Shown: positions 10,634-20,160 of the stretch, one piece after another
How positions within the stretch are numbered: position 1 is the first letter of the stretch
How the letters are laid out: every line of letters begins with the position of its first letter
DNA from: Gemmatimonadaceae bacterium
GTDB taxonomy: Bacteria; Gemmatimonadota; Gemmatimonadetes; Gemmatimonadales; Gemmatimonadaceae
DNA: 64,000 nucleotides
Reading direction: 5' to 3'
Assembly (NCBI GenBank): GCA_040902005.1
Contig: JBBDYA010000045.1
Span: 26,747 to 90,746 of the forward strand
Translations under genes and position numbers: made by a program
Notes under the pieces: generated by a model
What the model was told of the DNA's origin: nothing
Seen by the model: only the letters and a program-made list of their open reading frames with translations
The model's database searches: none

Positions 10634-11983
10634 ATGAAGCTGCACAACAAGATTCTGCTCGGCCTGCTGGTGGGCGGTACCGTTGGTGTCGTCATGAACC
10701 TCACGCTCGGTGGGGATCACGCGGTCGTCACGGGACTGAATCGGTACGTCGCCGGACCGGCCGGCCAGATCTTCCTGCGCCTGCTCTTCATGATCGTCGT
10801 ACCGCTGGTCTTCGCCTCCATCACGGTCGGCGTCGCGGGGCTGGGCGACATTCGCAAAGTTGGCCGCGTGGGTGGCAAGGCGATGGCGATCTTCCTGACG
10901 ACCACGGTGATCGCGGCGACCATCGGCCTGATTGCGGTGAACATCGTGCGCCCCGGAGCGCGGCTGGATGAGGGCATCAGGACCGAGCTGCTCGAGCGTT
11001 TCGCCTCCGACGCATCCAATACGGCGCAGGCATCCGCCCGGCAGGAGTTTGGCATCCAGACGCTGATCAACCTCGTGCCGCGCAATCCCGTGCGCTCGGC
11101 GGCCGATCTCGATCTGCTGGGCCTGATCTTCTTCGCCATCGTGTTCGGCGCGGCACTGACCCTGATTCCGGCCGAACGCGCCCGGCCACTCGTTCGCGTG
11201 CTGGAGGGACTCAACGACGTCGTCATCAAGATCGTCGAGTTCGCCATGCAGCTGGCGCCCTACGGTGTGGCCGCGCTGATCTTCGGGATGACGTCCGCGT
11301 TCGGATTCAACCTGCTCGTCCCGCTGGCGGGCTACGTCCTCGTGGTACTGGGAAGCCTGCTGGTGCACGGCATCGGGACCAACTCGATCATCCTGCGGTT
11401 CGTGATCGGGATGTCGCCACGGTTGTTCTTCAGCCGGATACGAACTTCCATCGTGACCGCGTTTTCCACCAGCTCGAGCAGCGCCACTCTGCCGACGAAT
11501 CTCGCGGTGGCACAGAGGAACCTCGGCATCCCCGAGTCGGTGAGCGGTTTCGTGATGCCGCTCGGTGCCACCATGAACATGAACGGTACTTCGCTGTTCG
11601 AGGGGATCACGGTGTTGTTTCTGGCGCAGGTGTTCGGCGTCGATCTCAATCTCGGACAGCAGGTGATCGTGGTCATCATGTGCGTGCTGACGGCGGTTGG
11701 CGCGGCTGGCGTGCCGGGCGGTTCCATTCCGCTGCTCGTGGGCATCATGGCGATGTTCGGCGTGCCGCCGGAAGGCATCGCGATCATCCTCGGGGTGGAC
11801 CGCATTCTGGACATGTCCCGCACCACGGTGAACGTCATCGGCGACGCCGTCGCCACGACCTGGGTGGCGAAGTCGGAAGGGGTCTGGACGCCCGCAAGTC
11901 TACCGCCGGAGGACCAGACGCTGGAGGCCACGTCCGGGCGCGATGCCACGCCCGCCAACGCGCCGATCACGAGCACCAGGTAG
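10634..11983 (+). CDS. Dicarboxylate/amino acid:cation symporter (DAACS)
   Basis: AFSTSSSSATLP, GATMNMNGT, GAAGVPGG, DRILDMSRTTVNVIGD. Confidence 0.9.
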   Translation: MKLHNKILLGLLVGGTVGVVMNLTLGGDHAVVTGLNRYVAGPAGQIFLRLLFMIVVPLVFASITVGVAGLGDIRKVGRVGGKAMAIFLTTTVIAATIGLIAVNIVRPGARLDEGIRTELLERFASDASNTAQASARQEFGIQTLINLVPRNPVRSAADLDLLGLIFFAIVFGAALTLIPAERARPLVRVLEGLNDVVIKIVEFAMQLAPYGVAALIFGMTSAFGFNLLVPLAGYVLVVLGSLLVHGIGTNSIILRFVIGMSPRLFFSRIRTSIVTAFSTSSSSATLPTNLAVAQRNLGIPESVSGFVMPLGATMNMNGTSLFEGITVLFLAQVFGVDLNLGQQVIVVIMCVLTAVGAAGVPGGSIPLLVGIMAMFGVPPEGIAIILGVDRILDMSRTTVNVIGDAVATTWVAKSEGVWTPASLPPEDQTLEATSGRDATPANAPITSTR

Positions 11984-11986
11984 TTC

Positions 11987-13255
11987 GTGCGCCGCCTTTC
12001 GCTGACGCAGTGGATCTTCGTCGCGATGGTGGTGGGTGTGGCACTGGGCTGGCTCTTTCCCGAGTCGGCGCGCGCCACGACCGGGTTTGCCGCAACCGAC
12101 CTGCGCGTGCTCGCGTCGATCTTCCTCCGGTTGATCAAGGCGCTGGTGGTGCCGCTCGTGTTCGCCACCGTGGTCGTCGGCATCGCCGGTTCAGGCGAAG
12201 AGCTCGGCGCCATGGGCCGGCTGGCCTGGCGCGCGCTGCTGTTGTTCACGGCGCTCACGCTGGTTGCGCTCCTCATTGGCTGGGCGGCGGCGCTCATCGT
12301 TCAACCGGGTCAGGGTGTCGTCCTGCCAGCTGCCGACGCGGCGAGCCAGGTGCCCGTGCGCCGACTTACGTTCTCGGGCGTGATCGAGCAGGCATTCCCG
12401 CAGAGTCTCGCGGATGCCGCTGCCCGCAACGACGTGCTGCAGGTGCTGGTGTTCGCGCTGCTGTTCGGGGCGGCGCTCGCGCGCGTGGCGTCCGAACGCC
12501 GGGCGCCGCTGGTCCGTGTGCTGGAGTCGGTGGCCGACGCGATGTTCAAGTTCACCGGGTTCGTGATGCTCTACGCTCCCATTGGTATCGGCGCCGCGAT
12601 TGCCGTCACCGTGTCCCAGAGCGGCGTGGGTGTGCTGGGACGGCTGGGTGTGCTCATCCTCACCGTACTCGCGGCCCTCGCCGTCTTCATTCTCGCCGTG
12701 CTGTTGCCCCTGGCCGTCGTCAGCGGCGTGTCACTTCGCGCGTTCTGGAAGGTTGCGCGCGAGCCAACCTTGCTGGCTTTTGCGGCGGCGTCCTCGGATG
12801 CGGCGCTGCCACAGGCGATGAAGGCGCTGGAGGGCTACGGGGTGCCGCGCCGCATCGTGTCGTTCGTGATGCCGACTGCGCTGTCGTTCAACCTCACGGG
12901 CAGCACGCTCTTCGTCGGCGTGGCCACGCTGTTCGTGGCGCAGGCCGCTGGCGTGACCCTGAGTGTCGTGGAGCAGTTGGCTATGATCGGCACCCTGATG
13001 CTCACGACCAAGGGCATCGCGGCGGTGCCGCGCGCGTCGCTCGTGATCCTGTCGGCGATGCTCACCAACTTCGGACTGCCGCTCGAGGGCGCCGCGCTGA
13101 TCCTCGCGGTCGACGCGATCATGGACATGGCGCGCACCGGGACCAACATGCTGAGCCACTGTCTGGCGACGATCGTCCTCTCCCGCTGGGAGCAGCGGAC
13201 GGGTTCGGAGGATCGGGCGCCGGCTATTTCGCCACACCCGCCAGTTGCGGGATGA
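11987..13255 (+). CDS. DAACS-family symporter (GltP/DctA-like, divergent)
   Basis: FLRLIKALVVPLVFA, AASSDAALP, SFNLTGS, TKGIAAVPRASL, DMART. Confidence 0.87.
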   Translation: MRRLSLTQWIFVAMVVGVALGWLFPESARATTGFAATDLRVLASIFLRLIKALVVPLVFATVVVGIAGSGEELGAMGRLAWRALLLFTALTLVALLIGWAAALIVQPGQGVVLPAADAASQVPVRRLTFSGVIEQAFPQSLADAAARNDVLQVLVFALLFGAALARVASERRAPLVRVLESVADAMFKFTGFVMLYAPIGIGAAIAVTVSQSGVGVLGRLGVLILTVLAALAVFILAVLLPLAVVSGVSLRAFWKVAREPTLLAFAAASSDAALPQAMKALEGYGVPRRIVSFVMPTALSFNLTGSTLFVGVATLFVAQAAGVTLSVVEQLAMIGTLMLTTKGIAAVPRASLVILSAMLTNFGLPLEGAALILAVDAIMDMARTGTNMLSHCLATIVLSRWEQRTGSEDRAPAISPHPPVAG

Positions 13256-13700
13256 AGATCAGGGCGCCGAGGCGCAACAAGCGGCCCGCGAAGCCGACCC
13301 AGAAAAAGTACCAGAAGTTGAAGCGCCAGACCCCCGCTGCGATGGTCGTCAGGTAGAACGGGGGAATGCCGGTCAGCGCGCTGGCGAACACGACCACCGC
13401 CCCAAGCGCGGCGCGATCGCCAATCTTCGCCTTGGCCGCGGCCACCCGTTCCTTAAGCTTGCCATACGGTAACTTGTCAAAGCTTCGCCCCGCGAGGTAC
13501 ATGAGCGACTTGCCGAGCATGTGCGACATGGTGGCGGTCACCAGCAGCAGGGGCAGCAGGGAGCGTGGAGCCACAATGCCAAGGAAGACGACGTATACCT
13601 CGATGTTCACCACCGGGATGAGCGCGCTCGTGAATGAGATCGCGATCGTCGACAGGAACATGAACAGTGTGCTGTTGGGGCCGTCGAAGCTCACTCGCAT
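13224..13700 (-). CDS. VTT/DedA (YqaA-like) membrane protein
   Basis: SALIPVVNIE, GKSLMYLAGR, GIPPFY...AGVWRFNFWYFFWVGFAGRLLR pattern. Confidence 0.7.
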   Translation of the reverse strand: MRVSFDGPNSTLFMFLSTIAISFTSALIPVVNIEVYVVFLGIVAPRSLLPLLLVTATMSHMLGKSLMYLAGRSFDKLPYGKLKERVAAAKAKIGDRAALGAVVVFASALTGIPPFYLTTIAAGVWRFNFWYFFWVGFAGRLLRLGALIFIPQLAGVAK

Positions 13701-13709
13701 CCTCGTCGT

Positions 13710-14810
13710 ATGAGTCGAATGAAGTTACTCGTCGATTCGGATGAGTTCTGGTCGGTGCTCAGCGCGGACATCCGGTCCGCGCAAGACGCCGTGTACATCC
13801 AAACGCTCTCCTTCGAGGGGGATCGCGTCGGCACCGCGCTGGTCGACGCGCTCGATGGCTCCGCATGCCACGACCGGCGTATCCTCGTGGATGCCTACAC
13901 CCGCGTCATTCAGAACGACCGATTCCTGTATTCGCCGGCCAGCTTGTTCGACCGCGAATTGCGCGCTGAAGTGCGCGCGACGTCGCGACTGATCGAGCGA
14001 GCTCGCGAGCGGGGCATCGGCGTGCAGTTCACGAACCCGATGGGTCCGCTGCTGGTGCGTCTGCCGGCGCGGAACCACAAGAAGATGATGGTCATCGACG
14101 ACCGTGTGTGCTATCTGGGCGGCCTCAATTTCAGCGAGCACAATTTCGCGTGGCATGACCTGATGGTGCGGATCGAGGATCCCGCCATCGCGGCGTTTCT
14201 GAAACAGGACTTTCTTTCCACGTGGGCTGGAGACGATGTGCCGCGCACGGGAATGTTTCCGGGGATCGACGTCCACTGTTGCGACGGGCGCACCAACGCC
14301 GGCGTGTTTCAGCGGGTGTTCGATTGCATGGAGGCCGCACGGGAGTCCATTTTTGTCGAGAGCCCCTACCTCACCTCACCCTTCTGCGAGAAGCTGGCCG
14401 AGGCCCGGCGGCGCGGCGTGCGCGTGACCATCGTCAGTCCGGAGGCGAACAACCACACGCCGATGAAGAAGTACATCATCCGGGAATCTCGGCGGCACGA
14501 TTTCGACCTCCGACTCTATCAGGGGCGCATGACGCACCTGAAGGCCATGCTGGTGGACGATCGCTGGCTCATCGTCGGATCATCCAATTTCGACGTCCTC
14601 AGCTACTACCTTCACCAGGAGACCGTGGCGATCGTGACTGATCCTGACCTCATCGCGGATTTTCAGGAGCGAGTGATGCGCCTCGATCTCGATCAGTCAC
14701 ACCCGATCCCAGCCGGCGACGGCGGTCTGGGTGGCCTCTTTGCCTACGGCCAGGTACAGTTGGCCGCGAAGGTCGCGCTGTTATTGTGCCGGCCCGCCGC
14801 GGCATCCTGA
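13710..14810 (+). CDS. Phospholipase D family protein (cardiolipin synthase ClsB-like, no N-terminal TM)
   Basis: Two HxKxxxxD motifs (HKKMMVID, HLKAMLVD) each followed by GG/GS.N. Confidence 0.85.
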   Translation: MSRMKLLVDSDEFWSVLSADIRSAQDAVYIQTLSFEGDRVGTALVDALDGSACHDRRILVDAYTRVIQNDRFLYSPASLFDRELRAEVRATSRLIERARERGIGVQFTNPMGPLLVRLPARNHKKMMVIDDRVCYLGGLNFSEHNFAWHDLMVRIEDPAIAAFLKQDFLSTWAGDDVPRTGMFPGIDVHCCDGRTNAGVFQRVFDCMEAARESIFVESPYLTSPFCEKLAEARRRGVRVTIVSPEANNHTPMKKYIIRESRRHDFDLRLYQGRMTHLKAMLVDDRWLIVGSSNFDVLSYYLHQETVAIVTDPDLIADFQERVMRLDLDQSHPIPAGDGGLGGLFAYGQVQLAAKVALLLCRPAAAS

Positions 14811-15709
14811 CCGATGGAGCCGGATGCGCCGGTTGTACGACTGCCGGGGCAGGCCAGGATCAACCGGGCAACCGAGTCGGGTGACTCCTCGTGCGGGAAA
14901 TGGCCGACCCCAGGCAACCGCGCGACGGAAAACGCCGCTCCGAGCGGCTCGAGCGCCGTGAGTTCCTCGGGGTCAGGGCCGGACGGATGAGGCCACTCAC
15001 CGAGAATCGCCAGGACGGGCCCCCGCAGCCGCGCGACCACGGTCGGAAGCGGTTCCGGCTCGACCGAGTCGGCGAGACGTGCGGCCATGGCCACCACGGC
15101 GCCAATGTGGTTCAGCATCGGTTCGGAATAGGCATGGCGCGTCGTGGAATCCAGCCATTCGCGCGTCCCACTGTTCTCCGCGAGACCGTTGAGAAACCGA
15201 GCTCGGATGAACCGCCGACCAAAGGGGATTCTCGCGAGCAGGGGTGCCAGCCGATACGCCGTCGAAAATACCTTCGTGCGATTGTAGGGAAGCGCGCCGA
15301 CGTCGAGCAGGTACAGCGCAAAAACGCGTTCAGGCGCATACGCCGCGACCCGGAGCGCGACGCCGCCTCCGTGCGCATGGCCTGCCAGTCCTACCGGATC
15401 ATCCCCATACCGATCCAGCACGGCCACCACACGTCTGGCCAGCGCCGCGAAGCTGACGTCGGTGCTGTCGAGCGACAGACGATACGGATCGATGACGATG
15501 ACCCGTGCGCCGCCGCTCACCAATTCCGCGCGCAGGCGGTTCAGTCCCGCGACGCCGCCCACGATCCCGCTCAACAGGACGTAGGTGGGTGCGCCCTCCC
15601 CTGAAACCGCGACGGTCGCCTCGTCCCAGTCTGGTTTGGCCTGCTGCCCGGCCAGCCCTGTCGCGTAGCATCCGAGCGACACGAGGCTGAGGGCGAGTTG
15701 GCGTCGCAT
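14744..15709 (-). CDS. Exported alpha/beta-hydrolase-fold protein with atypical active site
   Basis: Signal-peptide-like N-terminus; RVIVID, GHAHGG elbow, PERV.ALYLLD, GVGHFPHEE.P; 3' end overlaps PLD gene; alternative GTG start 15727. Confidence 0.75.
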   Translation of the reverse strand: MRRQLALSLVSLGCYATGLAGQQAKPDWDEATVAVSGEGAPTYVLLSGIVGGVAGLNRLRAELVSGGARVIVIDPYRLSLDSTDVSFAALARRVVAVLDRYGDDPVGLAGHAHGGGVALRVAAYAPERVFALYLLDVGALPYNRTKVFSTAYRLAPLLARIPFGRRFIRARFLNGLAENSGTREWLDSTTRHAYSEPMLNHIGAVVAMAARLADSVEPEPLPTVVARLRGPVLAILGEWPHPSGPDPEELTALEPLGAAFSVARLPGVGHFPHEESPDSVARLILACPGSRTTGASGSIGQDAAAGRHNNSATFAANCTWP

Positions 15710-15736
15710 CTGCGGCTGGCGTCGCACTGGTCGAAA

Positions 15737-16681
15737 CTACGGCAGCGACGACTTCGTCGCGGAAGCGCCGAGCATCCGCACCGCGATGCGCACCGCGCCT
15801 CGCGCAGCGTCGACATCGCCCGGATGGACGTGGGCACCCGGCACCGCTGCTTTCAGGCGATGCTCGAGCCGCTTGCGCAGTGGGGAGCTCTTGCTGAGCA
15901 GCCCGCCCGTGAGCGCCACGGGCACCGAAGCGCGTTCATCCGTGAAAAGATGGCGGGCGAGCGATCGCACGTGCAGAGCGAGTTCTTCAACGGCCAGGCT
16001 GACGATCGAGTTGGCGCGCAGGTCGCCGGAATTCGCTACGGTCAGAACGATGGGCGCGAGCGACGCCAATGCTGCGGGTGTCGCCGCTGCCGCCCAGCGG
16101 ATGAGATCTGCCGTCTCGGCGACCTCGGTCGCGGTAAGTATGGCGCCGGTGAGCGCGGTTTCCGGCTCGCGCCCGTCGGCAGCGGCCGCCACCACGGAGA
16201 GTGCGCGCCGGCCGATCCAGGCGCCGCCGCCCTCGTCCCCGAAGGCCGGCCCCCAGCCGCCACATCGGCTCGTGACACCGGCCGGACCGCGCCCGAACGC
16301 AGCTGAGCCGGTACCCGCGATCAGGAGAACGCCCGGTCCCTCGCCAAAGGCATCCTCGAGCGCCACGGCAAAGTCAGTGAGCACGACGACTTCTTCGGCA
16401 ATCTCGTGAGTGATCAGGGCGTCCCAGAGCGCCTGCCGTTCTGGCTCGCGTCCCGCCCCAGCAACGCCGACACACAGGACCCCCGGACGGTCGCCGCGCT
16501 CGCCCTCTTCCAGGACGTCACGCACGACACCCGCGATGATCCCGGCGCTCTCTTCGATCTCGTTCGGGCGCACCGCGCTGCCGGCACCAGTCGCTTCGGC
16601 GAGCGTCTGGCCATGCTCATCCGCGAGCACGGCGCGCGTCTTGGACCCACCACCGTCTATGCCGACGACGATCGATTGCAT
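15737..16681 (-). CDS. BadF/BadG/BcrA/BcrD-type sugar kinase (N-acetylglucosamine/N-acetylmuramic acid kinase-like)
   Basis: GIDGGGSKT, GVAGAG, IAGTGS, GGWG..FGDEGGG motifs. Confidence 0.88.
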   Translation of the reverse strand: MQSIVVGIDGGGSKTRAVLADEHGQTLAEATGAGSAVRPNEIEESAGIIAGVVRDVLEEGERGDRPGVLCVGVAGAGREPERQALWDALITHEIAEEVVVLTDFAVALEDAFGEGPGVLLIAGTGSAAFGRGPAGVTSRCGGWGPAFGDEGGGAWIGRRALSVVAAAADGREPETALTGAILTATEVAETADLIRWAAAATPAALASLAPIVLTVANSGDLRANSIVSLAVEELALHVRSLARHLFTDERASVPVALTGGLLSKSSPLRKRLEHRLKAAVPGAHVHPGDVDAARGAVRIAVRMLGASATKSSLP

Positions 16682-16688
16682 CGGGAGC

Positions 16689-18224
16689 CTATGGCGTGGA
16701 GGCGCGCGCGTCCGGCGGCGCGGCATGCGTAAAGGAGGAGAGGATGCCCACGACAAGGGTAATCGACGTGCCGATCAGAACGTACCAGGGGTACGCGATC
16801 CTGCTCAGGGCCTCCAGCCAGCCGAGGGAATCCTGCATTCCACGAGGGCCCAGCCAGGCCAGCAGCGGCTTCGAGAACACGACGACGGCCATGATGGAGA
16901 TCGCCGTCGCCATCGCGAGAATCGCGTCGCGCTGGATCGCCCGCTTCCAGAGGAGCGCGAGGAAGAATCCGCCGAGCAGTCCCCCGTACGTGAAGGACGC
17001 AATGGACAGGGCGACCACGACCACCGGCGTGCCCTGCTGGCGATAGAGCAGCGCGCCTCCAATGAGAATCACAGCCCACACCAGCGTGAATCGCTTGCCC
17101 ACGGCCAGCATCTGCCGGTCGTCGAGCGTTCGCCTGGTGAGGGGCAGATAGATGTCGTGCGTCGTTGCCGCGGAGAGCGCATTGAGCGATCCCGACACCG
17201 TGCTCATCGCGGCCGCGAGAATCGCGGCGATCACCAGGCCCGTGAGCCCGGGGGGCATCACCTCGATGATGAACTGCGGGAAGATCGCGTCGGAGGTGGC
17301 GAAGGTGCGACCGTCGTAGAATGCCCACAGCCCGAGGCCGATGATGAGGAAAAGCGCGAACTGCGCGATCACCACGATGCCGCTGCCGATCAGGGCGCGC
17401 CGAGCCTCGCGCAGGCTCGCGGAGGCGAGCAGCCGTTGCACGATGATCTGATCCGCGCCGTGAGAGGCCATCGACAGGAATGCGCCGCCGATCAGCCCGG
17501 CGGCCACGGTGTGCGGACGGTCGAATCCCATGTACGGATCGAACAGCGTCAACTTCCCCGCGGCGGATGCACGGTCGACGATGGCGCTCCATCCGCCCTC
17601 AACGCCGGCGCCGATGAGGTACACGGCGCTCAGCCCGCCGATCAGATACACGCCGGTCTGCAGCACATCCGTCCAGACGACCGCCCGCATTCCCCCGTGA
17701 TACGTGTAGATCACGGTGAATCCGCCGAGGATCAGGATGGCCGCAGGGGTGGCGTACTCCGCCCGCACGACCGCGCTCAGAATGAGCGCCACCGGTATCG
17801 CGGTCGCGAAGATCCGCACGGAATCGCCAAATGCCCGCGTTACCATGAACACGACGGAAGCGAATCGGCGCATCGCCAGGCCGAACCGGCGCTCCAGCAA
17901 CGCGTACGCCGTGACGAGCTCGCCATCGTAGTAGCGCGGCAGCAGCGTGAAGGCGATCACGATGCGTCCCAGGAGGTAGCCCATCGCCAGCTGAAGGAAC
18001 GAGAGGTCCGTGAGGTACGCGAGCGCCGGGATGCTGATGAAGGTGAGCGCGCTGGTCTCCGTCGCCACGACCGAGAAGAGAATGGCCCACCAGGGGATCG
18101 CCTTGTTGGCCACGAAGTAGTCGCGCGCCGACTTTTGCGAGCGGCCGAGCCAGACGCCAAGCAGGGTGGTGCCGACGAGATACACGAGGACCACGACACC
18201 GTCGATCAGCGTGAAACGATTCAT
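16689..18224 (-). CDS. Sodium:solute symporter (SSS), probably amino-sugar
   Basis: DYFVA, VATETSALTFIS.P, GGMRAVVWTD, HGADQIIVQRLL, AAAMST. Confidence 0.92.
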   Translation of the reverse strand: MNRFTLIDGVVVLVYLVGTTLLGVWLGRSQKSARDYFVANKAIPWWAILFSVVATETSALTFISIPALAYLTDLSFLQLAMGYLLGRIVIAFTLLPRYYDGELVTAYALLERRFGLAMRRFASVVFMVTRAFGDSVRIFATAIPVALILSAVVRAEYATPAAILILGGFTVIYTYHGGMRAVVWTDVLQTGVYLIGGLSAVYLIGAGVEGGWSAIVDRASAAGKLTLFDPYMGFDRPHTVAAGLIGGAFLSMASHGADQIIVQRLLASASLREARRALIGSGIVVIAQFALFLIIGLGLWAFYDGRTFATSDAIFPQFIIEVMPPGLTGLVIAAILAAAMSTVSGSLNALSAATTHDIYLPLTRRTLDDRQMLAVGKRFTLVWAVILIGGALLYRQQGTPVVVVALSIASFTYGGLLGGFFLALLWKRAIQRDAILAMATAISIMAVVVFSKPLLAWLGPRGMQDSLGWLEALSRIAYPWYVLIGTSITLVVGILSSFTHAAPPDARASTP

Positions 18225-20152
18225 GGGACGACGTACGCCTCCATTGCGTAGTATGCGGCGAGGCCGAGCCGATCCAGCTCCGCGGCCGTCCCCTTGTTAC
18301 GCGCTTCCACCCGCTGCCAGAACTCCCGGTCGTCGTAACCGCCCGGAAACGGCGCGCTGTCCTTCTGCGACTGGTGCTTGAAGATGGCCTGGATCTTCAG
18401 GCGCAGCTCTTCCTGCGACAGCGGCACGAGCCACGTGGCCTCGTGCACCGGCCACTCCTGCCAGGCGCCGCGGTACAGCCAGGTTTCCGGGGGCGCGTCC
18501 AGCTCCGGCAGCGCACGGTCGATGGCTTCCTTGCACATGCGATGAGTGCCGTGCGGATCGGATAGGTCGCCCGCCACGAAAATCAGCTGCGGGCGCACCT
18601 CGCGGAGCAGGTCGGCCACGATCTTCACGTCGGCTACGCCGATCGGATCCTTCCTGACTTTGCCGGTCTGGTAAAACGGCAGGTTGAGAAAGCGGGCGGA
18701 CGCGCGCGAGAGCCCCACCGTTTCCAGGCCGCTCACGGCCTCGGCCTCCCGGATCAGCCGCTTGATGTCCTGCACTTCCGGGATATCCACCTCGCCGGGC
18801 CGCTTGCGGGCGAGAAAATCGTTCGCGCGTCCGGACAGGCGCGCGGCCGTTGCCGACTCGAGCAGCGATTCCTCGCCCAGCCGCTGCACGAAGTCCACGT
18901 ACCGACGAACATCGTGGTCGAACACGGCGATGTTTCCGCTGGTCATGTACGCGACGGTGATCTCGTTGTCATTCTCGACGAGCTTGCGCAGAATGCCGCC
19001 CATCGAGATGACGTCGTCGTCCGGGTGTGGCGAAAAGCAGATGATGCGCTGGCCCGCCGGCAGCCTGGACTTGCCCCGAATCTTCGCGCCGAGAAGGTTG
19101 AAGACCTTGCCGTTGACCTCGCCGGGGCTGCCGTGTCGGGCGACCAGAGACGAGAGCTTGTGGTCCGCGTAGTCCCGCTGCGTCAGCTTCAGGATGGCGG
19201 TGCCGGTCTGCTGCGACAGCCACATGACCGCGCGCACCATGAGCGGCTCCGTCCAGCGCACTTCGTCGATCAGCCAGGGCGTCGCGTTGCGGGTCAACTC
19301 CGCGCCTGCCGCGCGGTCCACGTAGAACGTGGTGTGCGGATGCCCCTGGAGGAACGTCGCCGCGACTTCCACGTCCACCTCGCCCTCGACCGCGCGGCGT
19401 ACGATGCTGGCCTTGTGCTCACCCGTGGCCAGAATGGCGATCTCCCTGGCCTCGAGGATCGTGGCCACGCCCATCGTGACGGCCTCGCGCGGCACGTAGT
19501 CCTCGCCGAAGAAATCCGCGGCGGCGTCGCGGCGCGTGACGTAATCGAGCGCGATCAGCCTGGTGCGGCTCTCCACGCCTGATCCTGGCTCGTTGAACCC
19601 GATGTGCCCCGTCTTGCCGATCCCGAGGATCTGGAAGTCGATGCCTCCCGCCGCCGCGATCTGTGCCTCGTACTCCCGGCAGTAGCGCTCGACGTCTTCA
19701 CGGGGAACCATGCCATCCGGCACGTGCACGTGCGCGGGATCGACATCCACATGGTCGAACAGGTTCTCCCGCATGAACCGGTGATAGGAGTGAAGGCTCG
19801 ACAGTTCCATCCCGTGGTACTCGTCGAGATTGAACGTGATCACATTGCGGAAGCTCAGTCCCTCTTCCCGGTGCATTCGTGTCAGTTCGCGATAGACGCC
19901 GATGGGAGTGGAACCCGTCGCCAGGCCAAGCACCGTATGACGCCCGGACGTGGCGTGCTGGCGAATCAGGGCCGCGATTCGCGCGGCGATGAGCAGCCCG
20001 ATGTCCTCATGGTCCTCCACGACCACGGTGGGAATGCGCTCCAGGCCAGCTGATCCATTCGCCTGTACAAGAGGCCCGCGAACGTGTGAACGTTCACGGG
20101 CCTCGTTTCCGGCGCCGACGCTCGGCGGAGCGCCGGGGACCGACCGGCTCAT
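18221..20152 (-). CDS. nagB: Glucosamine-6-phosphate deaminase fused to PIG-L/LmbE deacetylase-like domain
   Basis: LGLATGSTP, TFNLDEY, GIGKTGHIGFNEPG; C-terminal SPHPDDD and DPHGTH, HQSQ; N-terminal start uncertain. Confidence 0.92.
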   Translation of the reverse strand: MSRSVPGAPPSVGAGNEARERSHVRGPLVQANGSAGLERIPTVVVEDHEDIGLLIAARIAALIRQHATSGRHTVLGLATGSTPIGVYRELTRMHREEGLSFRNVITFNLDEYHGMELSSLHSYHRFMRENLFDHVDVDPAHVHVPDGMVPREDVERYCREYEAQIAAAGGIDFQILGIGKTGHIGFNEPGSGVESRTRLIALDYVTRRDAAADFFGEDYVPREAVTMGVATILEAREIAILATGEHKASIVRRAVEGEVDVEVAATFLQGHPHTTFYVDRAAGAELTRNATPWLIDEVRWTEPLMVRAVMWLSQQTGTAILKLTQRDYADHKLSSLVARHGSPGEVNGKVFNLLGAKIRGKSRLPAGQRIICFSPHPDDDVISMGGILRKLVENDNEITVAYMTSGNIAVFDHDVRRYVDFVQRLGEESLLESATAARLSGRANDFLARKRPGEVDIPEVQDIKRLIREAEAVSGLETVGLSRASARFLNLPFYQTGKVRKDPIGVADVKIVADLLREVRPQLIFVAGDLSDPHGTHRMCKEAIDRALPELDAPPETWLYRGAWQEWPVHEATWLVPLSQEELRLKIQAIFKHQSQKDSAPFPGGYDDREFWQRVEARNKGTAAELDRLGLAAYYAMEAYVVP

Positions 20153-20160
20153 TGCGGCCG

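Noticed and set aside
15700..15727. 10-bp direct repeat TGCGACGCCA at the hydrolase start
   Set aside because: Short duplication of start codons (MRRQPQ-MRRQL); no element between the copies
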